A DNA stretch of 64,000 bases from Candidatus Bathyarchaeota archaeon (GCA_018396535.1 JAGTQC010000003.1:988-64987), one strand, 5' to 3'; shown: positions 1 through 9,904, numbered from the stretch's first letter. Translations and numbers: made by a program. The notes: generated by a model not told the origin, from the sequence alone.

Positions 1-2
1 TT

Positions 3-941
3 GAGGCTAGGGAGCCTCTAAGATATAGATGGCAGTTATCAGCTCTGATACTATTCATGGCTATCTCTGTTGCTTTATGGTGGTATGCTAGTATAGGAAA
101 CCTGCCAGTCGTATGGGGCTTCATAAACTATCTAATGTATATGTTATGGATGGTATGTAGAGCTAGGGTTGCCGCAGAGTATGGTATACTAGCAGATCCG
201 ATAAACGATAACTACTGGGCTCATAACTGGACGTATACATTTAGACACTGGTTTATCGCAGATCCAGCATCACCATTCTTTGTAAGAGATCTGCAAGCTA
301 GATATCTCGTATTGAGGAGCGATTACCCATGGTACTTCAGTGTAGTTAGATCAACACCCGTAGCTACATTACTACAAAGCTATAAGGTAGCTTCACTCGA
401 AGGTCTGCATGCTAAACATGTACTACTAGGAACTATTATAGCCATAGCATTCTGTATACCTATATCGCTATTCTACTTAACAGCTCTATGGCATAGTTTC
501 GGAGCCTTAAACCTATCGATCTTCAACTATACGGGTGCACCCCATAACTACTATCAGAGGGGCCCCACATATGCATGTATAACCGAGGTAGGAGACTACT
601 ATCGAGGTAGTTTAAGCGCTGGTGGACCTAGAGCCTCACAGTGGATACTATTCTCTATAGGTGCAGCGATAGTATCTATAGTCTATGCTCTACATGCGAA
701 GTATCCATGGTTCCCACTGAATCCTGCAGGAGTAACGATGGGTATGGGTTGGATGATGGTTCCAGTCCTAACACCAGCTATCGTAGCCTACATAGCTAAG
801 GTTATCGTTATGAGGATTGGTGGAGCTAAGCTATACGAGGATGTAGCTATGCCATTCGCTATAGGCTTAACGGTAGCTACAGGTCCAGCCTTAGTGATAA
901 CAGGTCTATACCAGTTAACGACAACCCTAGCTGTAATGTAG
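3..941 (+). CDS. Integral membrane protein of unknown function; the reading frame is open to the window edge, so it is 5'-partial
   Basis: Frame 3 has no stop from nt 3. Translation is strongly hydrophobic with multiple predicted TM segments. A T-rich tract follows the stop at 963-970. Confidence 0.45.
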   Translation, partial: EAREPLRYRWQLSALILFMAISVALWWYASIGNLPVVWGFINYLMYMLWMVCRARVAAEYGILADPINDNYWAHNWTYTFRHWFIADPASPFFVRDLQARYLVLRSDYPWYFSVVRSTPVATLLQSYKVASLEGLHAKHVLLGTIIAIAFCIPISLFYLTALWHSFGALNLSIFNYTGAPHNYYQRGPTYACITEVGDYYRGSLSAGGPRASQWILFSIGAAIVSIVYALHAKYPWFPLNPAGVTMGMGWMMVPVLTPAIVAYIAKVIVMRIGGAKLYEDVAMPFAIGLTVATGPALVITGLYQLTTTLAVM

Positions 942-962
942 CAGGTCGTTAGAATATAGCCT

Positions 963-972
963 TATTTTTCCC
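963..972 (+). terminator. Oligo-T archaeal-type terminator after the membrane protein gene
   Basis: ttattttt then a C-run, about 20 nt downstream of the stop at 941. Confidence 0.35.
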
Positions 973-1096
973 CTCCCTTTCTCTATACTACCATTTAAGC
1001 TTAAACTTTTAAATCCTAGATAAGCCTAGATAACCCTATCCAAAGCTATATTGATCGTCGTACTTCACCCATTTACTTGAAGCTTTAAGTTATGGT

Positions 1097-1108
1097 AATA
1101 TTTAAATC
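1097..1108 (+). promoter_or_regulatory. TATA-box-like element (taatatttaaat) about 33-44 nt upstream of the ATG at 1141
   Basis: AT-rich TATA-like hexamer context in an intergenic region. Spacing is compatible with a short-leader or leaderless archaeal transcript. Confidence 0.3.
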
Positions 1109-1140
1109 GTAGCATCCTATCATCTGTTAGCGTTATAGCT

Positions 1141-2250
1141 ATGTCGGATGTGTTTTGGGTGAATTATAGAGCTACTAGTATGGATATACTTTCTAAGCTG
1201 GAGAGGTTGATAGAGGAATCAGGTGTATTCGAAGATATAGGTTCAGGTGATATAGTCGCTGTGAAGGTTCATCCAGGTTTATACGGTAGTGTAAGGTATC
1301 TTAGACCGGTATATGTGAGGAAGATAGTCGAAGTGATTAAAGCTAGGGGTGGTAAACCGTTTGTAACCGAAACTGTAGGGCATAATCCGATGGGTAGTAG
1401 AGGTACTGCTGAAGGATATATACGTGAGATGATAGCTAACGGTTTCACATCTGAAACCTTAGGTGCACCTATACTCATAGCCGATGGGTTATGGGGTTTA
1501 GACGAGGTTAAGATCGAGATAGATGGGTTAAAGCTTAAAGAGACACGTATAGCTTCTGCTATAGCATACTCAGATTTCCTAGTATCGATAGCTAGAGTTA
1601 AGGCTCATGGATCCGCAGGCTTTGCAGCAGCTATAAAGAATGTAGGTGTAGGATGCGTCAGTCGTGCTGGTAAAAGTAGGATACACTTTTCTTCAGGTCC
1701 ATCGATCAATGTAAAGTTATGCGATGGATGCAGTCTATGCGTTAAATACTGTAAGCTATCTGCTATAAAGCTTAGAAACGGTATACCTGTAATAGACCCC
1801 TCCAGATGTAATCAATGCCTTATATGCGTTAACGTATGTCCAAAGAAGGCTTTAACAGCTGATAGAACGGAACCGCCTGAGACACAGTATCGTATAGCTG
1901 ATTCAGCTCTAGCAGTATCGAAAGCTTTGAATGGTAGGATAGCGTACATAAACGTGGCCGTAGAGATAACGCCTCAATGCGATTGCGGTAGGAGGGTTGA
2001 TACACCTATAGTACCGGATCAAGGTATATTCGCTTCTAGAGATCCTGTAGCTTTGGATAGGCTAGTAGCCGATAAGATAGTAGCAGCTCCAGGTATACCC
2101 GGATCGGCGGCAGAGGATGCGGGAGCTTTAGATCCTGGATCAGATAAGATACTAAAGATAAGAGGTACAGATTGGAGGATACTTCTCGAAGCAGCTGAGA
2201 AAATCGGTTTAGGCTCTCAGAGATACCATGAAGTATTCCTAGATATATGA
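1141..2250 (+). CDS. DUF362-domain protein with an inserted 2x[4Fe-4S] ferredoxin module
   Basis: Two CxxCxxCxxxCP motifs (CDGCSLCVKYCK, CNQCLICVNVCPKK). A K-x-H...G...KN-x-G motif typical of DUF362. A second DUF362 paralog lies at 18594. Confidence 0.65.
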   Translation: MSDVFWVNYRATSMDILSKLERLIEESGVFEDIGSGDIVAVKVHPGLYGSVRYLRPVYVRKIVEVIKARGGKPFVTETVGHNPMGSRGTAEGYIREMIANGFTSETLGAPILIADGLWGLDEVKIEIDGLKLKETRIASAIAYSDFLVSIARVKAHGSAGFAAAIKNVGVGCVSRAGKSRIHFSSGPSINVKLCDGCSLCVKYCKLSAIKLRNGIPVIDPSRCNQCLICVNVCPKKALTADRTEPPETQYRIADSALAVSKALNGRIAYINVAVEITPQCDCGRRVDTPIVPDQGIFASRDPVALDRLVADKIVAAPGIPGSAAEDAGALDPGSDKILKIRGTDWRILLEAAEKIGLGSQRYHEVFLDI

Positions 2251-2295
2251 TAGAGAGTTCGTTTAAATACTAGATATAACACCGAATTATATTCT

Positions 2296-3162
2296 ATGCC
2301 TCTCCTAGAGAGAAGGCGTTTAGGCCGTATAGGCTATGAAGCTAGCATATTGACGCTCGGCGGATGCGGTGTAGGTAAGCTAGATCAGAGGGAAGCAGAT
2401 AAGGCTATAGAGTTAGCTCTAAGTTATGGTGTGAATATAGTCGATGTAGCTCCGAGCTATGGTGAAGCTGAATATAGGTTGGCTAGATGGATTCAGATGT
2501 ACAGGGATAGACTCTTCATAGCGGAGAAAACATTGGAGCGTACGAGGGAGGGGGTTTTAAAGGAGCTTGATAGAAGCCTAGATAGACTCGGTGTAGAGTA
2601 CTTCGATCTATACCAGATGCACGCTTTAGGAGAGCCTACCGATATAGAAAAAGTCTTCAGTCCAGGAGGAGCATTAGAAGCCTTCATAGAAGCTAGGGAT
2701 ACAGGGTTGACGAGATATATAGGTATAACCGGGCATAGGGATATGCGTATACTCTTGAAAGCTCTAAAACTATTCGACTTCGACTCAGTGCTACTACCCG
2801 TGAATATAGCTAGCATGACAGCACCTTCTCCTGAGAACGATTTTAGACCTATCCTCAGAGAAGCTATCGAACGCGATATAGCAGTCATAGCTATAAAGGC
2901 TATAGCTAAAGGTAGATGGAAGGATGAGAGGAGATACTCGACATGGTATGAACCCTTAGATGATCCGTATGATATAGATCTAGCTGTATGGTTTACGCTA
3001 TCCCAAGAGCCTGTAGCTACATACTCCCTTCCATGCGATGTAAGGCTATGGCCCCTAGTACTGGATTCCGCTGTAAGATTTAGAAAGCTATCCATAGAGG
3101 AGCAGGCTGAAGCTATAGAGTATGCGAAGAGGAAGGGTTTAACCCCGCTCTTCCCAGAATAG
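2296..3162 (+). CDS. Aldo/keto reductase family oxidoreductase
   Basis: N-terminal GYEASILTLGG...YGVNIVDVAPSYG and overall TIM-barrel AKR signature. Length 288 aa. Confidence 0.7.
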   Translation: MPLLERRRLGRIGYEASILTLGGCGVGKLDQREADKAIELALSYGVNIVDVAPSYGEAEYRLARWIQMYRDRLFIAEKTLERTREGVLKELDRSLDRLGVEYFDLYQMHALGEPTDIEKVFSPGGALEAFIEARDTGLTRYIGITGHRDMRILLKALKLFDFDSVLLPVNIASMTAPSPENDFRPILREAIERDIAVIAIKAIAKGRWKDERRYSTWYEPLDDPYDIDLAVWFTLSQEPVATYSLPCDVRLWPLVLDSAVRFRKLSIEEQAEAIEYAKRKGLTPLFPE

Positions 3163-3217
3163 TATCTATAGAGCTGAAACCTCTAGAAACGCTCGTTCCA
3201 CGAACACCTATGTAGAT

Positions 3218-4249
3218 CTAGATGGTGCTACTAATGATGAAATCTGATGGTCTACTACCTACAACTAGTCGATAATACTCATATCCACTACTATCTACAA
3301 CCTTTTCAACCTTACCCTCCGCTACTACGATTTCCCCTCTCCTCGCCTGCTCGCAGAACCTACCTCTAAAGGAGACGACCTCCTCTAGAGGCTTAGCATA
3401 ATCGACGCCGTATAGAAACTCAACGTTGGAAACTATATATTTACATGGAGTGAATATGGAATCGCTATCATCATCCACCCTAGCCTTTATCCTAGCGTAG
3501 CCTATACGTTTATATAATCTATCCCCATAGGATTCCCCAACTTCATGTCGATCAGGTATAAACCTTACGAAGAAATCCCTACCTAGAAACTTTCCTTGAT
3601 GAACCTTCCTAGCTTCAATCCTACAGAAATCGTCGAAAGACATCCATGTATCCCTAGATCTAAAATCATACAGTCTCCTAAGATCATCTAAACAATATGG
3701 AGAGAACATACCCTCCCCACTATTTAGTAGATTCTTCAACATATCGTGTATAGTGAAGCAATTCCTCCTACCATAAACTACTACATCTATATCGGAATCA
3801 AAACTATGTAGATCTACAAGTATAGATCCAGATATACCGATACAATCGGTGGGGATGCCTGTAAGATCGTGGAGGATATTTACGAGCGTTAACGCTTGAG
3901 ATTCTACGATATCTATATCGTAACCCTTGGATAACGTCGAAACCTTCTCTACCGGATCGTAGAGTTTAGCTATTAGATGTCTAGGTACACCCTCCATCCA
4001 ATCATCGAATACATGATCATAGTAGATGTAGTGCGGATACCCCATCATTAGGATGAAGTCTCTATCGCTTAGAGAATAGACCTTGCTATACCTTCTCCCG
4101 CATCTAACCCTACCTCCAGATGGCTCCTCGAAATACCTTAGATAAGCTATAACCCTATCAGGCGGATGAATTAACCCCTTAACATCGAATATCAAACCCT
4201 CGACGGTCTCTAGGAAATATCCTTCACGTACATCCATAGATTCAGCCAC
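3218..4249 (-). CDS. Pol-beta-superfamily nucleotidyltransferase (archaeal 'predicted nucleotidyltransferase' family), translationally coupled to the CitG-like gene
   Basis: hG[GS]x9-13DhD motif (GISGSILVDLHSFDSDIDVVVYG). Its start codon abuts the stop of the upstream CitG-like ORF (4249/4250). Confidence 0.6.
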   Translation of the reverse strand: MAESMDVREGYFLETVEGLIFDVKGLIHPPDRVIAYLRYFEEPSGGRVRCGRRYSKVYSLSDRDFILMMGYPHYIYYDHVFDDWMEGVPRHLIAKLYDPVEKVSTLSKGYDIDIVESQALTLVNILHDLTGIPTDCIGISGSILVDLHSFDSDIDVVVYGRRNCFTIHDMLKNLLNSGEGMFSPYCLDDLRRLYDFRSRDTWMSFDDFCRIEARKVHQGKFLGRDFFVRFIPDRHEVGESYGDRLYKRIGYARIKARVDDDSDSIFTPCKYIVSNVEFLYGVDYAKPLEEVVSFRGRFCEQARRGEIVVAEGKVEKVVDSSGYEYYRLVVGSRPSDFIISSTI

Positions 4250-5266
4250 CTAGAATCTCAAACCGTTTAGTAAAGCTATCATAAGCGATGAAGCTGTTAG
4301 ATCTGCAGTCGTACCTGGATTATACTCTCTACCTAAGCTATGAAGCTTCTCATCAAACCTCCATAGAGCATCCCGTCCTCTATCCGTAGTTAAGCCTCCC
4401 AGATCTAGTATCATCCCAGCTTCTATAGATACCCATAAAGTCTCCTTCACACCTACCTCCACAGCCCTTCTTATATCGCTTTCGATTTTAAGCCCTACAC
4501 TCCTAGCGATAAACGTATCTGGAAACATAGATAGAATCCTAAGGAAAGTATGAACTATAGCTGTGTTTATATCTTTAGTCGATTCGAAAGTTTCGATAAG
4601 ATACCTAAACCCGTATTCGAACGATATCTCCATACATGTAACAAGCTCCCTAGCAATATTATCGTATGATGAAGATTCGAGCATAACATCGTATAAGTTT
4701 ATACCATCCCTTAAGATCTTCATCTTCGCGCTACTATCGTATAGATCTGGGGCTCTACCATAGATAACTCTGCCCATCCTACTAGGGGGATTAGCCGTAG
4801 CTATAGCTCTATACACATTGATAGTATCTATAGGTATAGTAGAACGTATCACATTATCGATATTCCTCCTTAAAACATCCTCTTCAAACCCACCTCTCTC
4901 AATATATGTTTTAGTAGAAGCGATGGAGAGAGGTATGAATAGCAGACAGATACCTAGATGTGTATTCCCACCATGATGCGAAGATAAAACATCCATAACA
5001 GCCCTCCTGATAAGCCTCCCAACCCCTAGCTTCGATAACTGTACTCGCCCCCTAGCTGCCATAACACCTCTTAAAGCAGCATCTCTGATAGCCGATCCTA
5101 AAGCGATAGATCCAGCTATGAAATGCTCGAATCGTGTACCATCACGACTCCTACTCCTATGGACGTTACCAGGCTTAGGCCAACCGCTCACCTCTAAAGC
5201 TGAGGCAAGCTCAGCGCAACGCCTAACATACTCTACAAGCTGCTTTACATTCAATGCCCTCGGCAT
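4250..5266 (-). CDS. Triphosphoribosyl-dephospho-CoA synthase (CitG/MdcB) family protein
   Basis: N-terminal ...SGWPKPGNVHRS... and ...HGGNTHLGI... motifs typical of CitG/MdcB ATP:dephospho-CoA triphosphoribosyltransferases. 338 aa. Confidence 0.6.
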   Translation of the reverse strand: MPRALNVKQLVEYVRRCAELASALEVSGWPKPGNVHRSRSRDGTRFEHFIAGSIALGSAIRDAALRGVMAARGRVQLSKLGVGRLIRRAVMDVLSSHHGGNTHLGICLLFIPLSIASTKTYIERGGFEEDVLRRNIDNVIRSTIPIDTINVYRAIATANPPSRMGRVIYGRAPDLYDSSAKMKILRDGINLYDVMLESSSYDNIARELVTCMEISFEYGFRYLIETFESTKDINTAIVHTFLRILSMFPDTFIARSVGLKIESDIRRAVEVGVKETLWVSIEAGMILDLGGLTTDRGRDALWRFDEKLHSLGREYNPGTTADLTASSLMIALLNGLRF

Positions 5267-5631
5267 GACTCGAATATTATCTAGTGGATGTTGAATCTAA
5301 ACTTAGCTTTACCATCTAAATCCTCCTTATGGAAACTTTCACACCATACCCTCAAATACCATGAGGAATGCTATGTAAGGATAGATATAGCCTCTAAGTT
5401 GGTCGATCCAACAGGGTAGCCTAAAATCTTAAACCCTGATGGAGCTTTAAAGGCTAGATTTATATCTGAAATTGAAGTCTTAAGATCCTATACGCTAATG
5501 GAAAGCTAGTGGTTACGAAGAGAAGGGTATATATCTAAAATAGCGGAGATACTAATTGAACAAGTAGAAAGAAAGGCTTCATAGGTAAAGCTTAAACCAA
5601 TTACATGGTAAAATGAGCTAGATAGAGGGAA

Positions 5632-5718
5632 GCCGGGGTAGCCTAGCCCGGTAAGGCGCCGGACTCGAGATCCGGTTCCCCTCATAGGGGATCAGGGGTT
5701 CAAATCCCCTCCCCGGCG
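5632..5718 (+). tRNA. tRNA-Ser (anticodon CGA) with a long variable arm
   Basis: Acceptor stem GCCGGGG/CCCCGGC. Anticodon stem CCGGA/TCCGG with loop CTCGAGA. Variable-arm stem CCCC/GGGG. T-arm GGGGTTCAAATCCCC. No encoded CCA. Confidence 0.85.
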
Positions 5719-5754
5719 CCTACAATCTATCCCCGCTATAACCCATAGACCGAG

Positions 5755-7086
5755 ATGCTTATCTATGCTAGTAGATTACGATTAGCTTATGATATGGTGG
5801 AGAATCTAGCTCTGCTAGGTGGTACGAGAGCGTTAAATAGGATCGAAGAGTTAGACTCAGCTTCCCGCTGGCCTATATTCGGTGATGAAGAGAAGAAAGC
5901 TGTATGCGAGGTATTGGATAGCAGGGATCCATACTCGTATATAGGAAGGTTTGAAGATGAATTCGCATCATATCATAACGTTAAGTTTGCTCTAGCCCAT
6001 AATAATGGGACATCTGCTCTACACTCAGCATACTTCGCCGTCGGTGTGGAGCCTGGGGATGAGGTTATAACACCAGCTTATACATGGCATCTACAAGTAG
6101 CTCCGATCCTAGCTCTCCACGCTATCCCAGTCTTCTGCGATATAGATCCTAGGACGGGTTGTATAGATCCGAGGGATATCGAACATAAGATATCCCATCG
6201 GACTAAAGCTATAGTAGTCGTACATCTGTATGGTGCGGTAGCCCCTATGGATGAAATAATCTCGATAGCAAAGGATCATGATATAGCTGTGATAGAGGAT
6301 TGCTCCCATGCTCACGGCGCCAAGTATAAGGGTAGGAAGGTTGGTACGATAGGCGATATAGGCTGCTTCAGCTTGCAAGCTAGTAAACTTATGACGGGTA
6401 TAGAAGGTGGAGTTATGATAACGAATAACGAGGAGTATTATGAGAGAGCATGTATCTTAGGGCATTATGAGCGTATACCTAGACTTAGGATGGAGAAGTA
6501 TCGTAGATACTATCAGACAGATAGAGATATGGCTCCATCATGTTTCGGGTTTAAATATCGTATTCATCCATTAGCTGCAGCTATAGCTTCTATACAATTG
6601 AAGCATCTAGATGAATGGAATTCTATAAGGAGGAGCAATATGACGTATATAACCAAAGCTTTATCTATCATCGGAGAAGAGTTGGGGTATATATTCGAGC
6701 CGCCATACGAAGCACCCGGGACGGAGCGTCTATGGTACGGCTATGTATGTCAATATCATCCTGATAAAACCGGGGTATCTAAAAGCCGTTTCATAGAGGC
6801 TTTGAAAGCTGAGGGTCTACCTGCATCTGATATGCGTGGATTCCTGCCAGTATACTGGAATCCCATATACGAGGAGAGGAGTGTATGGCGTGAAGGCTAT
6901 CCGTTTGATGCATCTTACGTAAGCCGTAAGATAACGTACGAGAGAGGTATATGTCCAGAAGCTGAAAGAATATGGCTTCGAACCATACGCTTACCTGTAA
7001 TACATCGTAGAGTAAGCATAGAGCTACTCGAAGAATACGTATACGCTATCGAGAAGGTTCTAAGAAACATATCCAGTCTACGTTAA
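5755..7086 (+). CDS. DegT/DnrJ/EryC1/StrS-family PLP-dependent sugar aminotransferase/dehydratase
   Basis: NGTSALH...GDEVITPAYTWHL...DCSHAHGAKY...SFSLQASKLMT motifs. 443 aa. An alternative ATG lies at 5794. Confidence 0.8.
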   Translation: MLIYASRLRLAYDMVENLALLGGTRALNRIEELDSASRWPIFGDEEKKAVCEVLDSRDPYSYIGRFEDEFASYHNVKFALAHNNGTSALHSAYFAVGVEPGDEVITPAYTWHLQVAPILALHAIPVFCDIDPRTGCIDPRDIEHKISHRTKAIVVVHLYGAVAPMDEIISIAKDHDIAVIEDCSHAHGAKYKGRKVGTIGDIGCFSLQASKLMTGIEGGVMITNNEEYYERACILGHYERIPRLRMEKYRRYYQTDRDMAPSCFGFKYRIHPLAAAIASIQLKHLDEWNSIRRSNMTYITKALSIIGEELGYIFEPPYEAPGTERLWYGYVCQYHPDKTGVSKSRFIEALKAEGLPASDMRGFLPVYWNPIYEERSVWREGYPFDASYVSRKITYERGICPEAERIWLRTIRLPVIHRRVSIELLEEYVYAIEKVLRNISSLR

Positions 7087-7180
7087 TCCTAGAATATAAG
7101 CTATCCTTGAGCTAAACATATACGGCTGGCTATTCATAGAGTCAATCTTAAATAGGCTTTAAACAGATTCTTTTTCATCG

Positions 7181-8821
7181 ATGCAGGTAGAGATAGTCCC
7201 CCAACCTAAAACTCTAAGGTTTACAGGTAGATGGATCGAATTTGATGGCTTCGAGAATATCCCCGATTTTCTATCTAGAGAGTTCAATATACCTAAGGGT
7301 AAATGGGTAATAGAGGAGGTTGAAGGTAAAGGTACAGGTCTTAATGTGGGAGGAAACTGTGTAGAGGTATGGGGTGATAGGAACGTATGCTATGCTACTA
7401 TAATACAGCTAACTAGACTTAAACCAGGATACATACCCGAGGTATCTGTAGAGGAGGATTTCAACTTCAACTTTAGATGCTTCCACCTAGATATAGCTAG
7501 GGGAGGTGTTCCTAAACTCGAGTATTTCGAGAAACTTCTAAGACTACTCTTCCTATTGAAATACAATTATCTAGCTGTATACGTGGAGGATCTATTTCCA
7601 TGGAAATCCTATCCCGAGATAGGGGTGGATAGAGGTAGGTTAACATACGAGGAGTGGTCTAGGATAGTATGGTATGGAGCTCAGCTCGGAGTAGATGTCT
7701 TTCCATCGCTAGAGATTCTAGGGCATATGGAGCATATCCTAACGCTGCCGGGTTTCAGAAGGTTTAGTGAATGGCGTAGACCTGAAGAGGGTTGTCTAGA
7801 TGCTTCGAACGAAGAAGCTAGAATTTTCGCTATGACTCTACTCGAGGATGCTCTAGATCAGACTGAATCGAAATATATACATGTAGGTGGAGATGAAACG
7901 TGGGCTCTAGGTAGGGGTAGAAGTCTAGATGCTACTGGTAGGTTTGAAGGGCCTAAGCTATACCTAGAATTCTATAGGGAGGTTGTGGAGAGGGTTAAAC
8001 GTAGAGGGAAGATACCGATACTATGGGGTGATATGATATCTGGGATGTATCTTAGAGAAAAGGAGGCGTTGCTATGGAGGGATCTAGTAGAAGCAGATCT
8101 ATGGAAATCAGTCATAATAGCTAACTGGGATTATAGTCCGGAATCCAAAGAGTATTTCAAACGTAAGATAAAGATATTCTCGGATAGAGGCTTAACACAG
8201 TTTGTTTGCCCAGGGCTTGCTAACTGGAATAGATATTATCCAGATTTCGATATAGCTTTAACAAACCTCAGAAACTTTCTGGATGCAGCTAGAGAGGAGG
8301 GTGTTGATGGATTTATCATAACGGCTTGGGGTGATGATGGAGAGGAATGCCTATTCTCACTCATAGAGCCGTTGATACTAGCAGCTATAGAGTATGGTGA
8401 AGGTGATGGTAGATGGGAGGATAAGTGGTCTGCCTTAATAGGTGAGCATAGGAGTATAGTCGAGGTTAGGAGATCCCTCGGTAGGATGGAGATAGCTGAA
8501 CATCTAAAACCTACGTTATTCCAGCCTAGATCTAAGCTTAAAGATAGAGGGAGCGTCTACGAATACTGGAAGTCTACGGCTAAAACCTTATCGAATCTAA
8601 ACCTGCCTAGAGATCTAGAATTCATAAGGAGATGTATAGAACTAGGTTTAAAGAAGGTAGACGGCTTAGATTCTATCTCAGATTATATCGGTTTATCTAG
8701 TATATACGCAGAGTTATGGCTGAGTGAGAGGAAGCCTAACGGGTTGGAGAGGGTTCTCGGTAGATTCTGGTCTGCAGCTGCCTACCGTGATCTAGAGCTA
8801 CGTTTACGTATAGGTGGATAG
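7181..8821 (+). CDS. GH20-like beta-N-acetylhexosaminidase family glycoside hydrolase
   Basis: FHLDIARG... and HVGGDE catalytic-region motifs typical of the GH20 TIM barrel. 546 aa. Confidence 0.5.
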   Translation: MQVEIVPQPKTLRFTGRWIEFDGFENIPDFLSREFNIPKGKWVIEEVEGKGTGLNVGGNCVEVWGDRNVCYATIIQLTRLKPGYIPEVSVEEDFNFNFRCFHLDIARGGVPKLEYFEKLLRLLFLLKYNYLAVYVEDLFPWKSYPEIGVDRGRLTYEEWSRIVWYGAQLGVDVFPSLEILGHMEHILTLPGFRRFSEWRRPEEGCLDASNEEARIFAMTLLEDALDQTESKYIHVGGDETWALGRGRSLDATGRFEGPKLYLEFYREVVERVKRRGKIPILWGDMISGMYLREKEALLWRDLVEADLWKSVIIANWDYSPESKEYFKRKIKIFSDRGLTQFVCPGLANWNRYYPDFDIALTNLRNFLDAAREEGVDGFIITAWGDDGEECLFSLIEPLILAAIEYGEGDGRWEDKWSALIGEHRSIVEVRRSLGRMEIAEHLKPTLFQPRSKLKDRGSVYEYWKSTAKTLSNLNLPRDLEFIRRCIELGLKKVDGLDSISDYIGLSSIYAELWLSERKPNGLERVLGRFWSAAAYRDLELRLRIGG

Positions 8822-8858
8822 AGGATTGGCATCAGCTAGCTATAGCGAAACTATCGGT

Positions 8859-9857
8859 ATGATACTATGCGGGGGGTTGGGGAAGAGGCTTAGACCGCTT
8901 ACAGACTCCACGCCTAAGCCTCTGATAGAGATAAAGAATGGATACACCATACTAGATAAGCAGATACTCGATATGAAGTATGCAGGTATAAATCACGTGA
9001 TACTTCTAACAGGCTACCTTCACGAGAAGATAGAGGAGAGGTATGGTAGCTATTGGAATGGTATACGCATAGACTACTCCATCGAGGAGGATCCGATAGG
9101 TACCTGGGGTGCTGTATCTGCTGCCCTAGAGAAATTTAGACCTAGATGTAAGATACTTGTATCGAATGGTGATATAGTAACAGATCTAAACATAAGGAGG
9201 ATGATATCCTCCTCTAGGTATCCTGTTGCAATGTTCATCGTTACTATGAAGAGTCCATACGGTATAGTAGAGATTAGCGGTGATAAGATAATAGGATTCC
9301 TAGAGAAGCCGCAGCTACCATACTACATAAACGGAGGCTTCTACATCGTTAACGATAGCTTCGATATACTAGAGTTTATCGGTAGACCCAAATCCTACTC
9401 TGATCTCGAGAAGGATGTATTCCCTAAGCTAGCTAAATCAGGTCTACTAGGATACTATATGGAGCCCTACGATGTATTCTGGAAATCCATAGATACTGTG
9501 AAGGATCTAGAAGAAGTACGTAAAGAATTCGCATATAGGGAGGATAAACCATGGGGGTATGAGAAGCTAATCGAATCATCCCGATCGTACATATATAAGA
9601 AGATACTTATCAAAGAGGGTTATAGGATACCTCTACATAAGCATAGAGCTAGCGAAACAATATACGTCGTCTCAGGTAAGATCAGGGTTGATGTAGACGG
9701 TAGAGAGTTTCAACTAGAGCAGGGTGAAAAGTATACTATAGGAGTCGACTCTGAGCATGCAGTATCAGCTATCGAGACCGCAATGATAGACTCCATACTA
9801 TCTCCAAGTATCGGTGATATCCACTGGCTCGATAACCGATGGATTATAGAGATGTAA
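8859..9857 (+). CDS. Sugar-phosphate nucleotidyltransferase with a C-terminal cupin domain (mannose-1-phosphate guanylyltransferase-like)
   Basis: MILCGGLGKRLRPLT...KPLI NTP-transferase motif. C-terminal cupin HxH region. The longer ORF from 8814 overlaps the GH20 gene, so 8859 is the likelier start. Confidence 0.7.
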   Translation: MILCGGLGKRLRPLTDSTPKPLIEIKNGYTILDKQILDMKYAGINHVILLTGYLHEKIEERYGSYWNGIRIDYSIEEDPIGTWGAVSAALEKFRPRCKILVSNGDIVTDLNIRRMISSSRYPVAMFIVTMKSPYGIVEISGDKIIGFLEKPQLPYYINGGFYIVNDSFDILEFIGRPKSYSDLEKDVFPKLAKSGLLGYYMEPYDVFWKSIDTVKDLEEVRKEFAYREDKPWGYEKLIESSRSYIYKKILIKEGYRIPLHKHRASETIYVVSGKIRVDVDGREFQLEQGEKYTIGVDSEHAVSAIETAMIDSILSPSIGDIHWLDNRWIIEM

Positions 9858-9904
9858 GCATTTATCTAGGTATTGATGCATCCAATATCTCGGTGGGAAA
9901 CCTC

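Noticed and set aside
1269-1478. Antisense and nested short ORFs from the six-frame track. Coordinates: 1269-1478, 2493-3095, 4563-4763, 6109-6378, 11677-12093, 12058-12324, 12667-12969, 13105-13305, 13585-14016, 14086-14460, 14844-15137, 15849-16283, 16614-16811, 19551-19796, 22749-23180, 23243-23617, 24914-25207, 26788-26970, 29197-29526, 34460-34842, 37861-38226, 38306-38527, 38670-38912, 39409-39666, 40928-41110, 42276-42882, 43324-43596, 45159-45359, 46501-46746, 47115-47573, 48763-48984, 49826-50029, 50120-50467, 50604-50870, 51570-51869, 53699-53959, 55256-55687, 57787-58152, 58728-58937, 59325-59579, 59762-59971, 60061-60450, 61399-61620 and 63431-63640.
   Set aside because: Each lies entirely within, or largely overlaps, a longer ORF on the opposite strand or another frame that has clear family-level motifs. 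They are low-complexity or Ser/Pro/Ile-rich, as expected for antisense translation of AT-rich coding DNA.
5361-5480. Possible C/D-box sRNA in the tRNA-Ser upstream region
   Set aside because: The C-like (aTGAgGA / cTGATGGa) and D-like (CTGA) boxes are degenerate. Their spacing (~85 nt and ~27 nt) does not fit the compact archaeal C-D'-C'-D layout, and there is no terminal stem.
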